DNA from: Opitutales bacterium
Lineage (GTDB): Bacteria; Verrucomicrobiota; Verrucomicrobiia; Opitutales; UBA9783
Reading direction: 5' to 3'
NCBI GenBank assembly: GCA_024407725.1
Contig: JAKSVZ010000009.1
Coordinates: 1-32,000 of the forward strand
DNA: 32,000 nt
The notes beneath the pieces are model-generated. The model worked only from the letters and a program-made list of their open reading frames with translations, had not been told where the DNA came from and did no database searches. Position numbers and translations under genes: made by a program. The first letter of the stretch is position 1, and each line of letters starts with the position of its first letter. Of this stretch, positions 18,347-27,008 are shown in pieces.

Positions 18347-19141
18347 ATGTTAAGTACTAACCGAAATTCTTCATTAACAAAAATCTATTTATTACCGAAT
18401 ACCTTAACAGCAGGTAATTTGTTCTTCGGATTTTTGTGCATTATTCGGTGCATCCAAGCAAAATACTGCAATGACGGCGCAGCATCCGCCGAGCTTTACA
18501 ATCAAGCAGTTTGGTGCATTTTTGGCGCATTGGTATGTGATGGACTGGATGGACGGGTAGCGCGCCTCAGTGGACGGGAATCCTTATTCGGCATCGAATT
18601 TGATTCGTTGGCCGACATCATATCGTTTGGGCTAGCACCCGCTATGATTGTGTTCTTCCTGATTTTATCCCCAGAAAACAACTTCCCGTTTTTCAAACGC
18701 ATTGGGTGGCTCATCGGCTTTATCTATTTACTGTGTGGAGCAGTACGCCTAGCGCGCTTTAACGTTACCCATCATCCGCTGTTACCGAAAGACCAACGGC
18801 CCACATCCCCTAATTCCGTATTTGTTGGTCTCCCGATCCCAGCTGCAGCAAGCGTTATCGCCTCATTGGTCTTGGTCATCAATCAATTCGATCTAAAGGC
18901 CTTTGCAATTTGTTTGCCCTTTTTGATGCTGCTGATTGCTTGGCTTATGATCAGTAATGTTTACTATCCCAGCTTTAAGCATCTCGATTGGACAACGGAA
19001 ACTAAACTGATAGCCTTTGTCATCATTATCAGCACCTTGGCGATTTTGGCGCTATTTAAAGGCTTATCCTTTTTCATCCTATCCATCAGCTATGTTTTTT
19101 ACGGCCTTATCCATCACTTGCGCCATAAAAAACCGCTTTAA
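18347..19141 (+). CDS. pssA: CDP-diacylglycerol--serine O-phosphatidyltransferase
   Basis: CDP-alcohol transferase motif DGLDGRVARLSGRESLFGIEFDSLADIISFG in a polytopic membrane protein of 264 aa. Confidence 0.85.
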   Translation: MLSTNRNSSLTKIYLLPNTLTAGNLFFGFLCIIRCIQAKYCNDGAASAELYNQAVWCIFGALVCDGLDGRVARLSGRESLFGIEFDSLADIISFGLAPAMIVFFLILSPENNFPFFKRIGWLIGFIYLLCGAVRLARFNVTHHPLLPKDQRPTSPNSVFVGLPIPAAASVIASLVLVINQFDLKAFAICLPFLMLLIAWLMISNVYYPSFKHLDWTTETKLIAFVIIISTLAILALFKGLSFFILSISYVFYGLIHHLRHKKPL

Positions 19142-19153
19142 AATTAAAAAACT

Positions 19154-19567
19154 GTGCGCTTCCTTCAATGGCTTCAAATCCTTTATAGCAAGCTGAGGTC
19201 CTGTGGTTCTAAAACAGGACGTTTGGGGCGTAAGGGGGAACAGGCGGCAACCCGATTTCTCAAGCGCGCTGGATATCATATCCTCGACCGCAATTGGCGC
19301 TCAGGACATTACGAATTGGATATTGTGGCTCAAATCGGTTCCTGCGTGGCTTTTGTTGAAGTTCGTGGGCGCTGCACCCAAAGCCTTCAAAGTGGGTACG
19401 ACACCATCAATCGTGCGAAGAAACAAGCACTCTCTAAAGCCATACGCGCTTATTTAAAGCAGCATCGCTGGATACACAGCTACCGCTTTGATATCATCTC
19501 GATTGATTGGGACACCCAAGGAACGATCAGCGATATACGCCACTACGAATCGGTTCCGCTCCGGTAA
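19154..19567 (+). CDS. yraN: YraN-family (UPF0102) endonuclease-like protein
   Basis: GEQAATRFLKRAGYHILDRNWRSGHYELDIVA....VAFVEVRGR matches the conserved YraN core. GTG start. Confidence 0.8.
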   Translation: MRFLQWLQILYSKLRSCGSKTGRLGRKGEQAATRFLKRAGYHILDRNWRSGHYELDIVAQIGSCVAFVEVRGRCTQSLQSGYDTINRAKKQALSKAIRAYLKQHRWIHSYRFDIISIDWDTQGTISDIRHYESVPLR

Positions 19568-19945
19568 TTACAAAGCGGTATCGACGTAATCACTACACAC
19601 CAGCAGGTATTTAAACAAGCGGTAAAGCGTAGGTTGATCGCATTCCGTATCTAAAATTTTAGCGAAAAATCCAATGTCATGATCGGATTGTGCAATCGCC
19701 TGCACCTGAAACGTCTCATGTGCGTTTTGCAAGGGCATCGATAAAGCTTTTTCATACATAGCGTAAGGCAAAGGCGCAAGGTCGTAAGGCTTTATTACAA
19801 AGAAAAATATCCACTCGCCGGATTCTTCAATTTGCAACGTACGGTTATCATCCAATATAAACTGGATACACCGCTTATCATTTAACTTCAGGTCTGGGAT
19901 TCCAATATGATTACCAAACGCTTGTAATTCACTATCAATTAGCAT
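19568..19945 (-). CDS. Class I type III secretion chaperone, SycN/YscB-like
   Basis: From ATG 19945, the sequence MLIDSELQAFGNHIGIPDLKLNDKRCIQFILDDNRTLQIEESGEWIFFFV resembles the SycN N-terminus (..LGVP.......IQLE....TLQLE..G). Its start overlaps the stop of the upstream 95-aa gene by 11 nt (ATGCTAATTGA). Confidence 0.5.
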   Translation of the reverse strand: MLIDSELQAFGNHIGIPDLKLNDKRCIQFILDDNRTLQIEESGEWIFFFVIKPYDLAPLPYAMYEKALSMPLQNAHETFQVQAIAQSDHDIGFFAKILDTECDQPTLYRLFKYLLVCSDYVDTAL

Positions 19946-20222
19946 CGTTATTCTCTTCAAAAATTTTCTCATCCAAAAACTCTTGGATGATATTCACAAA
20001 CTGCATCCGCAATTCATCTTTATCGAAAAGCGAATCGGGATACTGCCGTAAACTTAGGATTAATTGGGTTAAAAAAAAGATAATGGCCTCACGCGACCGA
20101 ATCCCCAACGGATGCATCATCTGCACCACCTGTTCTTCATCGAGGTATTTTTTCAAAATCGCATGCATCATGGTTTTGGTTATCCCATAGGCTTTTTCAC
20201 TAACTAAGGAAGGACTTAACAT
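19935..20222 (-). CDS. TyeA-like small protein (95 aa)
   Basis: The size is close to Yersinia TyeA (about 92 aa, from memory). The C-terminal part LRQYPDSLFDKDELRMQFVNIIQEFLDEKIFEENND resembles TyeA [36 protein letters not shown], also recalled from memory. It sits between a larger acidic protein and a chaperone. Confidence 0.45.
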   Translation of the reverse strand: MLSPSLVSEKAYGITKTMMHAILKKYLDEEQVVQMMHPLGIRSREAIIFFLTQLILSLRQYPDSLFDKDELRMQFVNIIQEFLDEKIFEENNDAN

Positions 20223-20228
20223 AATACA

Positions 20229-21353
20229 TTAAAATAAACGCGGGAAGGTATCAGCGGTTCGTTGTACCATTTGTTCATTGATGGTTTGAACGGTACCTAA
20301 TTTTTCAACGGTACGGCAGGTATTCGCAATAGCGCTAGCAATAGACGGTTCCGGACAGCTTTTTAATTCAGACGACAAACATTTCATCACAATCGATAGA
20401 TTATCGCTAAAATGAGCAACGGCCGACTTACGGTCTTCAAAATGCTCAACCAAGTTACCCAACAAGCAATCGAATACCTTCATGGCATCCCCCTTAAGCG
20501 GTAAAATCTTATCCAAAATCAACGCATTGAAGTCCTTAGGCGGCAAGGTAATGGAATGCGTTAAATGTGCAGTGGTTTCGCGTAACAACGGCGCCAAGAC
20601 GTAACTATCCTCAATACGGTTTCTATCAACCCCCATTAAGCGATCCTGTTCGGATCGGATCGACTTAATGCTCTTTTTCAGGTTATCCGCCTGTTGGTTC
20701 ACGTGATCCTGACTGTCTTGGGAATAGGTAGCAGATTTATCCGGCTGCTTCATCTCTTCCGAAAACTGTTCGAGTTGGGTTAATTTACGCTCCCATACAT
20801 CCAAAACAATCTGCAAGGCATTATGCTGCTCCGCAATATCCTCAAACATCATTAAACCGTTACGGATATCATCGAGCGTCAACATTCCGTTCTGCGCCAA
20901 CGATCCATCCAATTGCTTAAAGAACGAACGATATTGCCGCTCACTCCCTGAAAACAACGCATTAGAACGCTCTAAAACCGTCTGTTTTAAGTCCTTAGCC
21001 GTTCCATCATTGATCAAGGTTAAACGCTCTAAGGTTTGCTTTTCAACCCGCTTGCTGCGATTATCTTGTTCATTAACCTTTTTCGAATCCTCTGTCTCAG
21101 CAACCGAATTTAAACGCGGAGCACCTTTTTTCGTTTTCGATTTAAACTGTTCTTCTTTAACACTCTTATGAGCCTGAAACGAAGACATGCATTCGTCATC
21201 CTTCGTACTTGGATCCACATCCATATTCGCTTGGATCGCTTGAGTATCTAACTGACCCTTTTGGACACTTGCTCCCTCTTGTACTTCTTCGGTAAACGAA
21301 GGCTGTGCTTGCGTAGTCGATTGTGTTTGAAAATTTAATAGTTCTTCGCCCAT
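20229..21353 (-). CDS. Hypothetical 374-aa protein, possibly the T3SS gatekeeper (SctW/YopN/CopN-like)
   Basis: Disordered Q/S/T/E-rich N-terminus followed by a helical body. It is the first gene of a tightly packed three-gene unit, with a 6-nt gap to the TyeA-like gene. Function is inferred from gene order only. Confidence 0.35.
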   Translation of the reverse strand: MGEELLNFQTQSTTQAQPSFTEEVQEGASVQKGQLDTQAIQANMDVDPSTKDDECMSSFQAHKSVKEEQFKSKTKKGAPRLNSVAETEDSKKVNEQDNRSKRVEKQTLERLTLINDGTAKDLKQTVLERSNALFSGSERQYRSFFKQLDGSLAQNGMLTLDDIRNGLMMFEDIAEQHNALQIVLDVWERKLTQLEQFSEEMKQPDKSATYSQDSQDHVNQQADNLKKSIKSIRSEQDRLMGVDRNRIEDSYVLAPLLRETTAHLTHSITLPPKDFNALILDKILPLKGDAMKVFDCLLGNLVEHFEDRKSAVAHFSDNLSIVMKCLSSELKSCPEPSIASAIANTCRTVEKLGTVQTINEQMVQRTADTFPRLF

Positions 21354-21427
21354 TATCTTGTATAAACAAGCATTTTTTATGCCTAATTTTGACCATTCGG
21401 TATCCCACCCTGCCCTATCCTTCTGGG

Positions 21428-21455
21428 TGGACTTTTAAAAAAAACTCATTAAAAT
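21428..21455 (+). promoter_or_regulatory. Candidate promoter of the pfk gene
   Basis: TGGACT (21428..21433), a 16-nt spacer, then TAAAAT (21450..21455). The -10 ends 7 nt before ATG 21463, so the mRNA may be leaderless. Confidence 0.4.
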
Positions 21456-21462
21456 AAAAAAT

Positions 21463-22644
21463 ATGAAAGTTGCTATTTTAACCTCAGGTGGGCTTGCTCC
21501 CTGCTTGTCCGCTGCCGTCGGATATTTAATACAGCGTTATCATCTTTTAGACCCAAAAATTGAAATCATAGCGTATCTTCACGGATACCAAGGGCTTTTG
21601 TTGGGGCAATCAACCGTGTTGTCCGATTACTCAGAAGCTTCCACCTTGCTCCATTTTGGAGGAAGCCCGATTGGCAATAGCCGCGTTAAATTATCCAACG
21701 CATCCGATTGCGAAAAAAAGGGATTAATTGCGTCTGGAGCTAACCCCTTTGAGGTTGCTGCTCAACAACTCATCACCGATCACATCGATGTTTTGCACAC
21801 CATCGGCGGCGATGATACCAGCACAACCGCTGCGGAACTTGCCCACTTCTTAAAGCAACATAACTACCCATTAACCATCGTTGGCTTGCCCAAAACCATC
21901 GATAACGATATCAACCCAATCCAATTAAGTTTAGGGGCTACCACAGCTGCAGAACAAGGCGCTATTTTTTTCGAACACGTCGTCAACGAACATACAGCTA
22001 ACCCCAAAACCTTGGTGGTTCATGAGGTTATGGGACGCCACTGCGGATGGTTAACCTATGAAACCGCACGCCAATATACCGAACGCTTACAGCGACGCAC
22101 CTTTGCCCCTCATTTGGGCTTTTCAAAAGAAGCCTTTGAGTTGCATGCGTTGTATATCCCTGAAATCGATATCCAATTGGATGCGGAAATCGCTCGTTTA
22201 CAGCCAAAATTAGACCATATCGGCTCCCTAAACATTTTTGTCAGTGAAGGAGCGTGCGCTAATGTGATTGTTCAAGAACTGGAACACAGCGGACAAGCCG
22301 TAGAACGCGATGCATTCGGACATGTAAAATTGGATAAAATCAACGCAGGGCAATGGATTGGCGAACGCTTAGCCAAACGCTTAGGAGCTAAAAAATTGCT
22401 GGTACAAAAAAGCGGCTATTTCGCCCGTTCCTCTCAACCTAACGCTTTCGACCTTAACCTAATCCAAGCTTATGTTGATTACGCCGTTGAATGCGCCTTC
22501 AACAAACAAAGTGGATTGATCGGCCAAGACGAACGCTTCGGCGGACAATTACGCTCCATCGAATTTGAAGCGATTTCAGGCGGTAAACCCTTGAATATCA
22601 AAGACCGCGCGGTACAAACGTTCATCAACAGCTTAAATCAGTAA
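21463..22644 (+). CDS. pfp: 6-phosphofructokinase, probably pyrophosphate-dependent
   Basis: PFK family motifs GGDDTS, PKTIDNDI and MGRHCGW. GGDD rather than GGDG is the classical correlate of PPi dependence. Confidence 0.8.
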   Translation: MKVAILTSGGLAPCLSAAVGYLIQRYHLLDPKIEIIAYLHGYQGLLLGQSTVLSDYSEASTLLHFGGSPIGNSRVKLSNASDCEKKGLIASGANPFEVAAQQLITDHIDVLHTIGGDDTSTTAAELAHFLKQHNYPLTIVGLPKTIDNDINPIQLSLGATTAAEQGAIFFEHVVNEHTANPKTLVVHEVMGRHCGWLTYETARQYTERLQRRTFAPHLGFSKEAFELHALYIPEIDIQLDAEIARLQPKLDHIGSLNIFVSEGACANVIVQELEHSGQAVERDAFGHVKLDKINAGQWIGERLAKRLGAKKLLVQKSGYFARSSQPNAFDLNLIQAYVDYAVECAFNKQSGLIGQDERFGGQLRSIEFEAISGGKPLNIKDRAVQTFINSLNQ

Positions 22645-22751
22645 GTGGATAATACCCGCTCAACCTATAGTCAGCTTATATTGAGCTGACCAATGGAATT
22701 AGGTGTGGATAGGGTTTATTAGTAGCCGCAAAAAGCAGAAAAACATTAAAG

Positions 22752-22846
22752 CTTGACTTACATAGCCAAATAGGATATAAGTCTTTTGCTACCTGTAATC
22801 CTTATAGAATTAATTTTATTGTAATAAGAACGTAATAAAAGTCAAG
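22752..22846. repeat. TTGAC/GTCAA-bounded element A (95 bp) with face-to-face promoter-like ends
   Basis: Plus strand: TTGACT 22753..22758, 17-nt spacer, TATAAG 22776..22781. Minus strand: TTGACT 22845..22840, 16-nt spacer, TACAAT 22823..22818. A-tracts flank both ends. Confidence 0.7.
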
Positions 22847-22894
22847 GAAAAATATACTTTAATCTCACCGATAAAAAGCCAAGAGCATTTAAAA

Positions 22895-22991
22895 CTTGAC
22901 AAAATAAAGTTTTATCTTACAATCACAATTAATGCATTTATTGAACATATGGCTCAATCTTATTTTAAAGATTGATACCATTAATGTCAAG
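22895..22991. repeat. TTGAC/GTCAA-bounded element B (97 bp)
   Basis: Plus strand: TTGACA 22896..22901, 16-nt spacer, TACAAT 22918..22923. Minus strand: TTGACA 22990..22985, 17-nt spacer, TAAAAT 22967..22962. A hairpin terminator follows immediately. Confidence 0.7.
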
Positions 22992-23022
22992 AAAAAAGCC
23001 TCACTTTTGGTAAGGCTTTTTA
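22992..23022. terminator. Bidirectional intrinsic terminator (gap on the minus strand, element B transcript on the plus strand)
   Basis: A6, then stem AAGCCT (22996..23001) paired with AGGCTT (23013..23018) around an 11-nt loop, then T5. It lies 7 nt past the gap stop. Confidence 0.75.
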
Positions 23023-23028
23023 AAACTT

Positions 23029-24094
<1,066 letters not shown>

Positions 24095-24286
24095 GAATGC
24101 GAATAGATGTCTTAACCCTCATCCTACCCCATCGCTAAAAAGCATAAAGAGACTTAAAGGAACCACAAAGCACTCGCATTAGGAACCAAAACCTTAAGCC
24201 ATCGCAAGCATTTCCCTGCTAAATTTAGTCCTAACACAACATCCTATAACTTAGTCGGACGCCTAAAAAAGATTGATGAAAACAGG

Positions 24287-24382
24287 CTTGACTTTTATCC
24301 TTATTAGGAATATAAATATATTCCTACTTTTGTGAATAGATTTGAATAATATTCTTATATAAGATCTTGTAAATAAGTCAAG
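24287..24382. repeat. TTGAC/GTCAA-bounded element C (96 bp)
   Basis: Plus strand: TTGACT 24288..24293, 17-nt spacer, TATAAA 24311..24316. Minus strand: TTGACT 24381..24376, 16-nt spacer, TATAAG 24359..24354. A perfect 9-bp inverted repeat, AGGAATATA-aa-TATATTCCT (24306..24325), straddles the plus-strand -10. Confidence 0.7.
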
Positions 24383-24391
24383 ATAAAAGCA

Positions 24392-24418
24392 AACCTGCAG
24401 GTACGCAGGTTGTTTTTT
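24392..24418. terminator. Bidirectional intrinsic terminator
   Basis: Stem AACCTGC (24392..24398) paired with GCAGGTT (24405..24411), 6-nt loop, then GTTTTTT. On the minus strand the same stem is followed by TTTGCTTTT, downstream of the 24467 stop. Confidence 0.75.
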
Positions 24419-24466
24419 GTCAATGATTGATTCCACTGGTATCTGAAATAGAGCAGGATTTGTTCG

Positions 24467-25598
24467 CTAAAAGGGAACATCTTCGTCGTTGTCAGAAGAT
24501 TGTTCAGGGTTCTGCAATTTATCCTCTGAAAAACTTGAATTTAACAACAGGTTCAATTTAAAAGCATTCGTCAAAAAATTTATTGTGCTGCAAGTAAGCT
24601 CTACAACGTAGCGTGCTTGGTATTTCTTTACACATGCATTCACATCATGAGCAGTACTAGCTATGTTTCTTAATTCCTTAACTCCCGTAAAGATATTAGC
24701 ATATGGATCCTCTTTAATTGGATCTATACATTGTTGAAGCGTGCACAAGGCACCTATAGCCAGCCCAATCCCTTGTTTTTCTACTTCATCTAGGTATAAA
24801 GAATTCAAGCTTTTATCAAGGTTTTGATGTTTAAGTAAGTTTTGCAAATAATCGATTATGTCTCCCCATGAATTTTTATTCTTTTTGAAAACCTTATTAA
24901 AAACAATTTCACATAACACTTTTAAAAAGCGTGTTAACGACAATTTACAATACAGTAACACTGCATCATATTTATCATGTTCTAATAAGTCTAGTATTTC
25001 AATAATCCTACTACCAACTACCTGATTGCACCAAATGGGGAGAGAAATATTAAGGATCGGAAATTCAATTAAGTCTGTAATTTTAACCCCATCGTCTGAA
25101 AAATGATATTCCAATCTGAAATGATATTTATTCCACAATTTAAAATTGACTGCTCCAATAATTACCCGACAAAAATTATAATAATTTTCATCATAAACAT
25201 TTTTTATCAGTTTCTTAAAAAAATCTGGGTTTTTTTCGTCAGGCGCCGATTGCAAGCGATTCAAATTAAACAAATCAGTTAATATTTTCAAGACTCTCTT
25301 GGAGGAGTCTTTTTGCGTAGAATTTATACAACCGCTTATCGTACGTTGATATAAATCAAACGCTTTCAACCAATGCCCATTACCCCAATCATAACATCTC
25401 TCAGAAACATCCATGAGAGGCATCTGAACCGCTTTCCAAGGTTTTCTAGATCCTTGAATGGACGCTGGCCAATCAATATTTTTAGGAAGACTTTTTTCCT
25501 CAGCTAAATATCGCGCAACAATGGGGGGGGATGGATTTTGTTCCGGTCAAATAACCAACAATTTCCTCATCCAGCAAACACTTCCATTTGTTTTCCAT
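24467..25598 (-). pseudogene. AT-rich hypothetical gene with an Abi_C-like C-terminal motif, interrupted by a frameshift at a C8 tract. It would encode about 376 aa if restored.
   Basis: ORF 24467..25423 stays open upstream to 25546 without a start codon. A 32-codon ORF from ATG 25598 (MENKWKCLLDEEIVGYLTGTKSIPP...) enters G8 at 25523..25530 (C8 on the coding strand). Removing one C joins it in frame to ..IVARYLAEEKSLPKNIDWPASIQGSRKPWKAVQMPLMDV... The C-terminal ELRNIASTAHD..ARYVVELTCSTINFL resembles the LRNxxGxAHG..hA.l.vn.a..l..fL core of Pfam Abi_C. Confidence 0.6.
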
Positions 25599-25701
25599 TC
25601 CCCTACCCTACCTGCTCTATTCCAAAAAGCAAGATAAATTCTAGGTAAAAGGGCTGTTTTTGATTGAAATGCATGCTGACCGTGCAGCATATTTTAAAAA
25701 G

Positions 25702-25800
25702 CTTGACTTATATCGTTAATAAGTATAAACTTTGTATTGAAACAATGGAAACAATAGGAAATTAAGTTAATTAATAACATAATTGTCTCCCCACGTCAAG
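25702..25800. repeat. TTGAC/GTCAA-bounded element D (99 bp)
   Basis: Plus strand: AAAAAGCTTGACT with TTGACT 25703..25708, 17-nt spacer, TAAACT 25726..25731. Minus strand: TTGACG 25799..25794, 18-nt spacer, TATTAA (weaker). Internal direct repeat GAAACAAT x2. Confidence 0.6.
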
Positions 25801-25916
25801 CCAAATCAGATTTTTTGCATTTACCCCCTACTAAATACAATGGATTTAGCGTACAGGAAACGCCATCATCAATCTCTGTGATTGAAGCCCAGAAACCGGA
25901 TAGATTCGATAAAAAG

Positions 25917-26013
25917 CTTGACAAAGGTATTACTTTTAGGGAAAAATGATTTATTGACAATTGATACAGTAATATTCAATAATATCGTAGCCAATTCTTG
26001 TACCGTAGTCAAG
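25917..26013. repeat. TTGAC/GTCAA-bounded element E (97 bp)
   Basis: Plus strand: AAAAAGCTTGACA (TTGACA 25918..25923) with only a weak -10 (AAAAAT at 18 nt) and a second internal TTGACA at 25954..25959. Minus strand: TTGACT 26012..26007, 17-nt spacer, TACGAT 25989..25984. A hairpin plus T-run follows. Confidence 0.6.
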
Positions 26014-26018
26014 TAAAA

Positions 26019-26047
26019 AACCCACGCACAGCCGAGGGTTGTTTTTT
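26019..26047 (+). terminator. Candidate intrinsic terminator after element E
   Basis: AACCC (26019..26023) pairs with GGGTT (26036..26040), with two inner C-G pairs, followed by GTTTTTT (26041..26047). The stem is modest. Confidence 0.45.
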
Positions 26048-26215
26048 CCCATTTTTCCACTCATTATAAGCCAAAAGCACAAACCTTAGGCGGTAAAAAC
26101 GTTATTTTGTTGATCGAAAACACGCGCGGTTAGATTATCTTTAGAAGTTATCTTGAGAGGTTTTGCTTAATTGCAACACCCCAAACGTTTACCCTGCTCT
26201 GAATTTTAATAAAAG

Positions 26216-26310
26216 ATTGACAAATAGGTTATTTTTGAAATAATAATTCTATTGGACAACCTACAATAATGCTTCACATTTATTGTATAAAATCTTATAC
26301 AAAAGTCAAG
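26216..26310. repeat. TTGAC/GTCAA-bounded element F (95 bp)
   Basis: Plus strand: AAAAGATTGACA (TTGACA 26217..26222), 16-nt spacer ending in TGa, then AATAAT 26239..26244 (extended -10-like). Minus strand: TTGACT 26309..26304, 16-nt spacer, TACAAT 26287..26282. An 8-bp inverted repeat, TTGTATAA-aatc-TTATACAA (26283..26302), covers the minus-strand -10. Confidence 0.7.
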
Positions 26311-26547
26311 CAAAAGTGTTTTAAAAGGCACAAATACCCATAAATCCAAAGACATTTGTAAAACAATCCATTCAGGTGATACAGTGGGGCTGTAATAACC
26401 ACACCATAGCTAAACCAACACCTTGTTTCAAGGTATATAAGCCCAAGAATCCTAGAAAAAACACAACTTAAGAACGCATTACGCGCCTACCGAGTTCACA
26501 TTCCAATCAAACAAGAACCCCTAGCGGTATTTCTTTTAAAAAATTTC

Positions 26548-26623
26548 TGGTGGACGGTGTAGGATTCGAACCTACGACCCCCCGGATGTAAACCGGATGC
26601 TCTAACCGCTGAGCTAATCGTCC
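26548..26623 (-). tRNA. tRNA-Val (anticodon TAC), CCA encoded
   Basis: Hand-folded from the reverse complement GGACGATTAGCTCAGCGGTTAGAGCATCCGGTTTACATCCGGGGGGTCGTAGGTTCGAATCCTACACCGTCCACCA. D-arm GCTC/GAGC, anticodon loop TTTACAT, T-loop TTCGAAT. There is one A-C mismatch in the acceptor stem. Confidence 0.85.
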
Positions 26624-26680
26624 CCTATTAAAAAATAAAAACTTAACCTCTAAGGAAGCAATCCCTGCAATCCCTAAAGA

Positions 26681-26926
26681 TTACTCGCCGTCATCGCCAA
26701 TAGCGTTAACAGGACAAGTTTCTTTCGCCTCCATGCAACGCTCAACTTCGCCTTCCAAAGACGGTTGTTTCTTTACATAGGAAGCTCCATCGCTTGTAAA
26801 ATCAAACACCTCAGGAGCGATGTTGTGGCACATTCCACAATGAATGCATTGATTATCGACGTAAAAACGACCGCGTACGTTTTCTGAAAGTTTATCCTCT
26901 TTAACAGCCATGATTTCATTACACAA
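26681..26926 (-). CDS. Small 4Fe-4S ferredoxin
   Basis: CIHCGMCHNIAPEVF plus a distal ETCPVNAI cysteine pattern in about 76-81 aa. The start could be the second Met (MAVKEDK, 26911). Confidence 0.8.
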   Translation of the reverse strand: MCNEIMAVKEDKLSENVRGRFYVDNQCIHCGMCHNIAPEVFDFTSDGASYVKKQPSLEGEVERCMEAKETCPVNAIGDDGE

Positions 26927-27008
26927 AGCCCACTTGTACCGTCAAGCAGATTTATAAATATCCACAAAAGCTAGGCTTTAGGGGGGTATTTTTGCTAAAA
27001 TAAAGTAA

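Noticed and set aside
25869-26060. 63-aa minus-strand ORF in the gene-free region
   Set aside because: It spans element E and its terminator hairpin, has no RBS or family resemblance, and its sequence is what AT-rich non-coding DNA yields.
26821-26845. TGGCAC hexamer as a possible sigma-54 promoter, searched for because rpoN is encoded here
   Set aside because: The required TTGC(A/T) is not at the correct 5-nt spacing, and the site is inside the ferredoxin coding region. I found no convincing TGGCAC-N5-TTGC anywhere in the window by eye.
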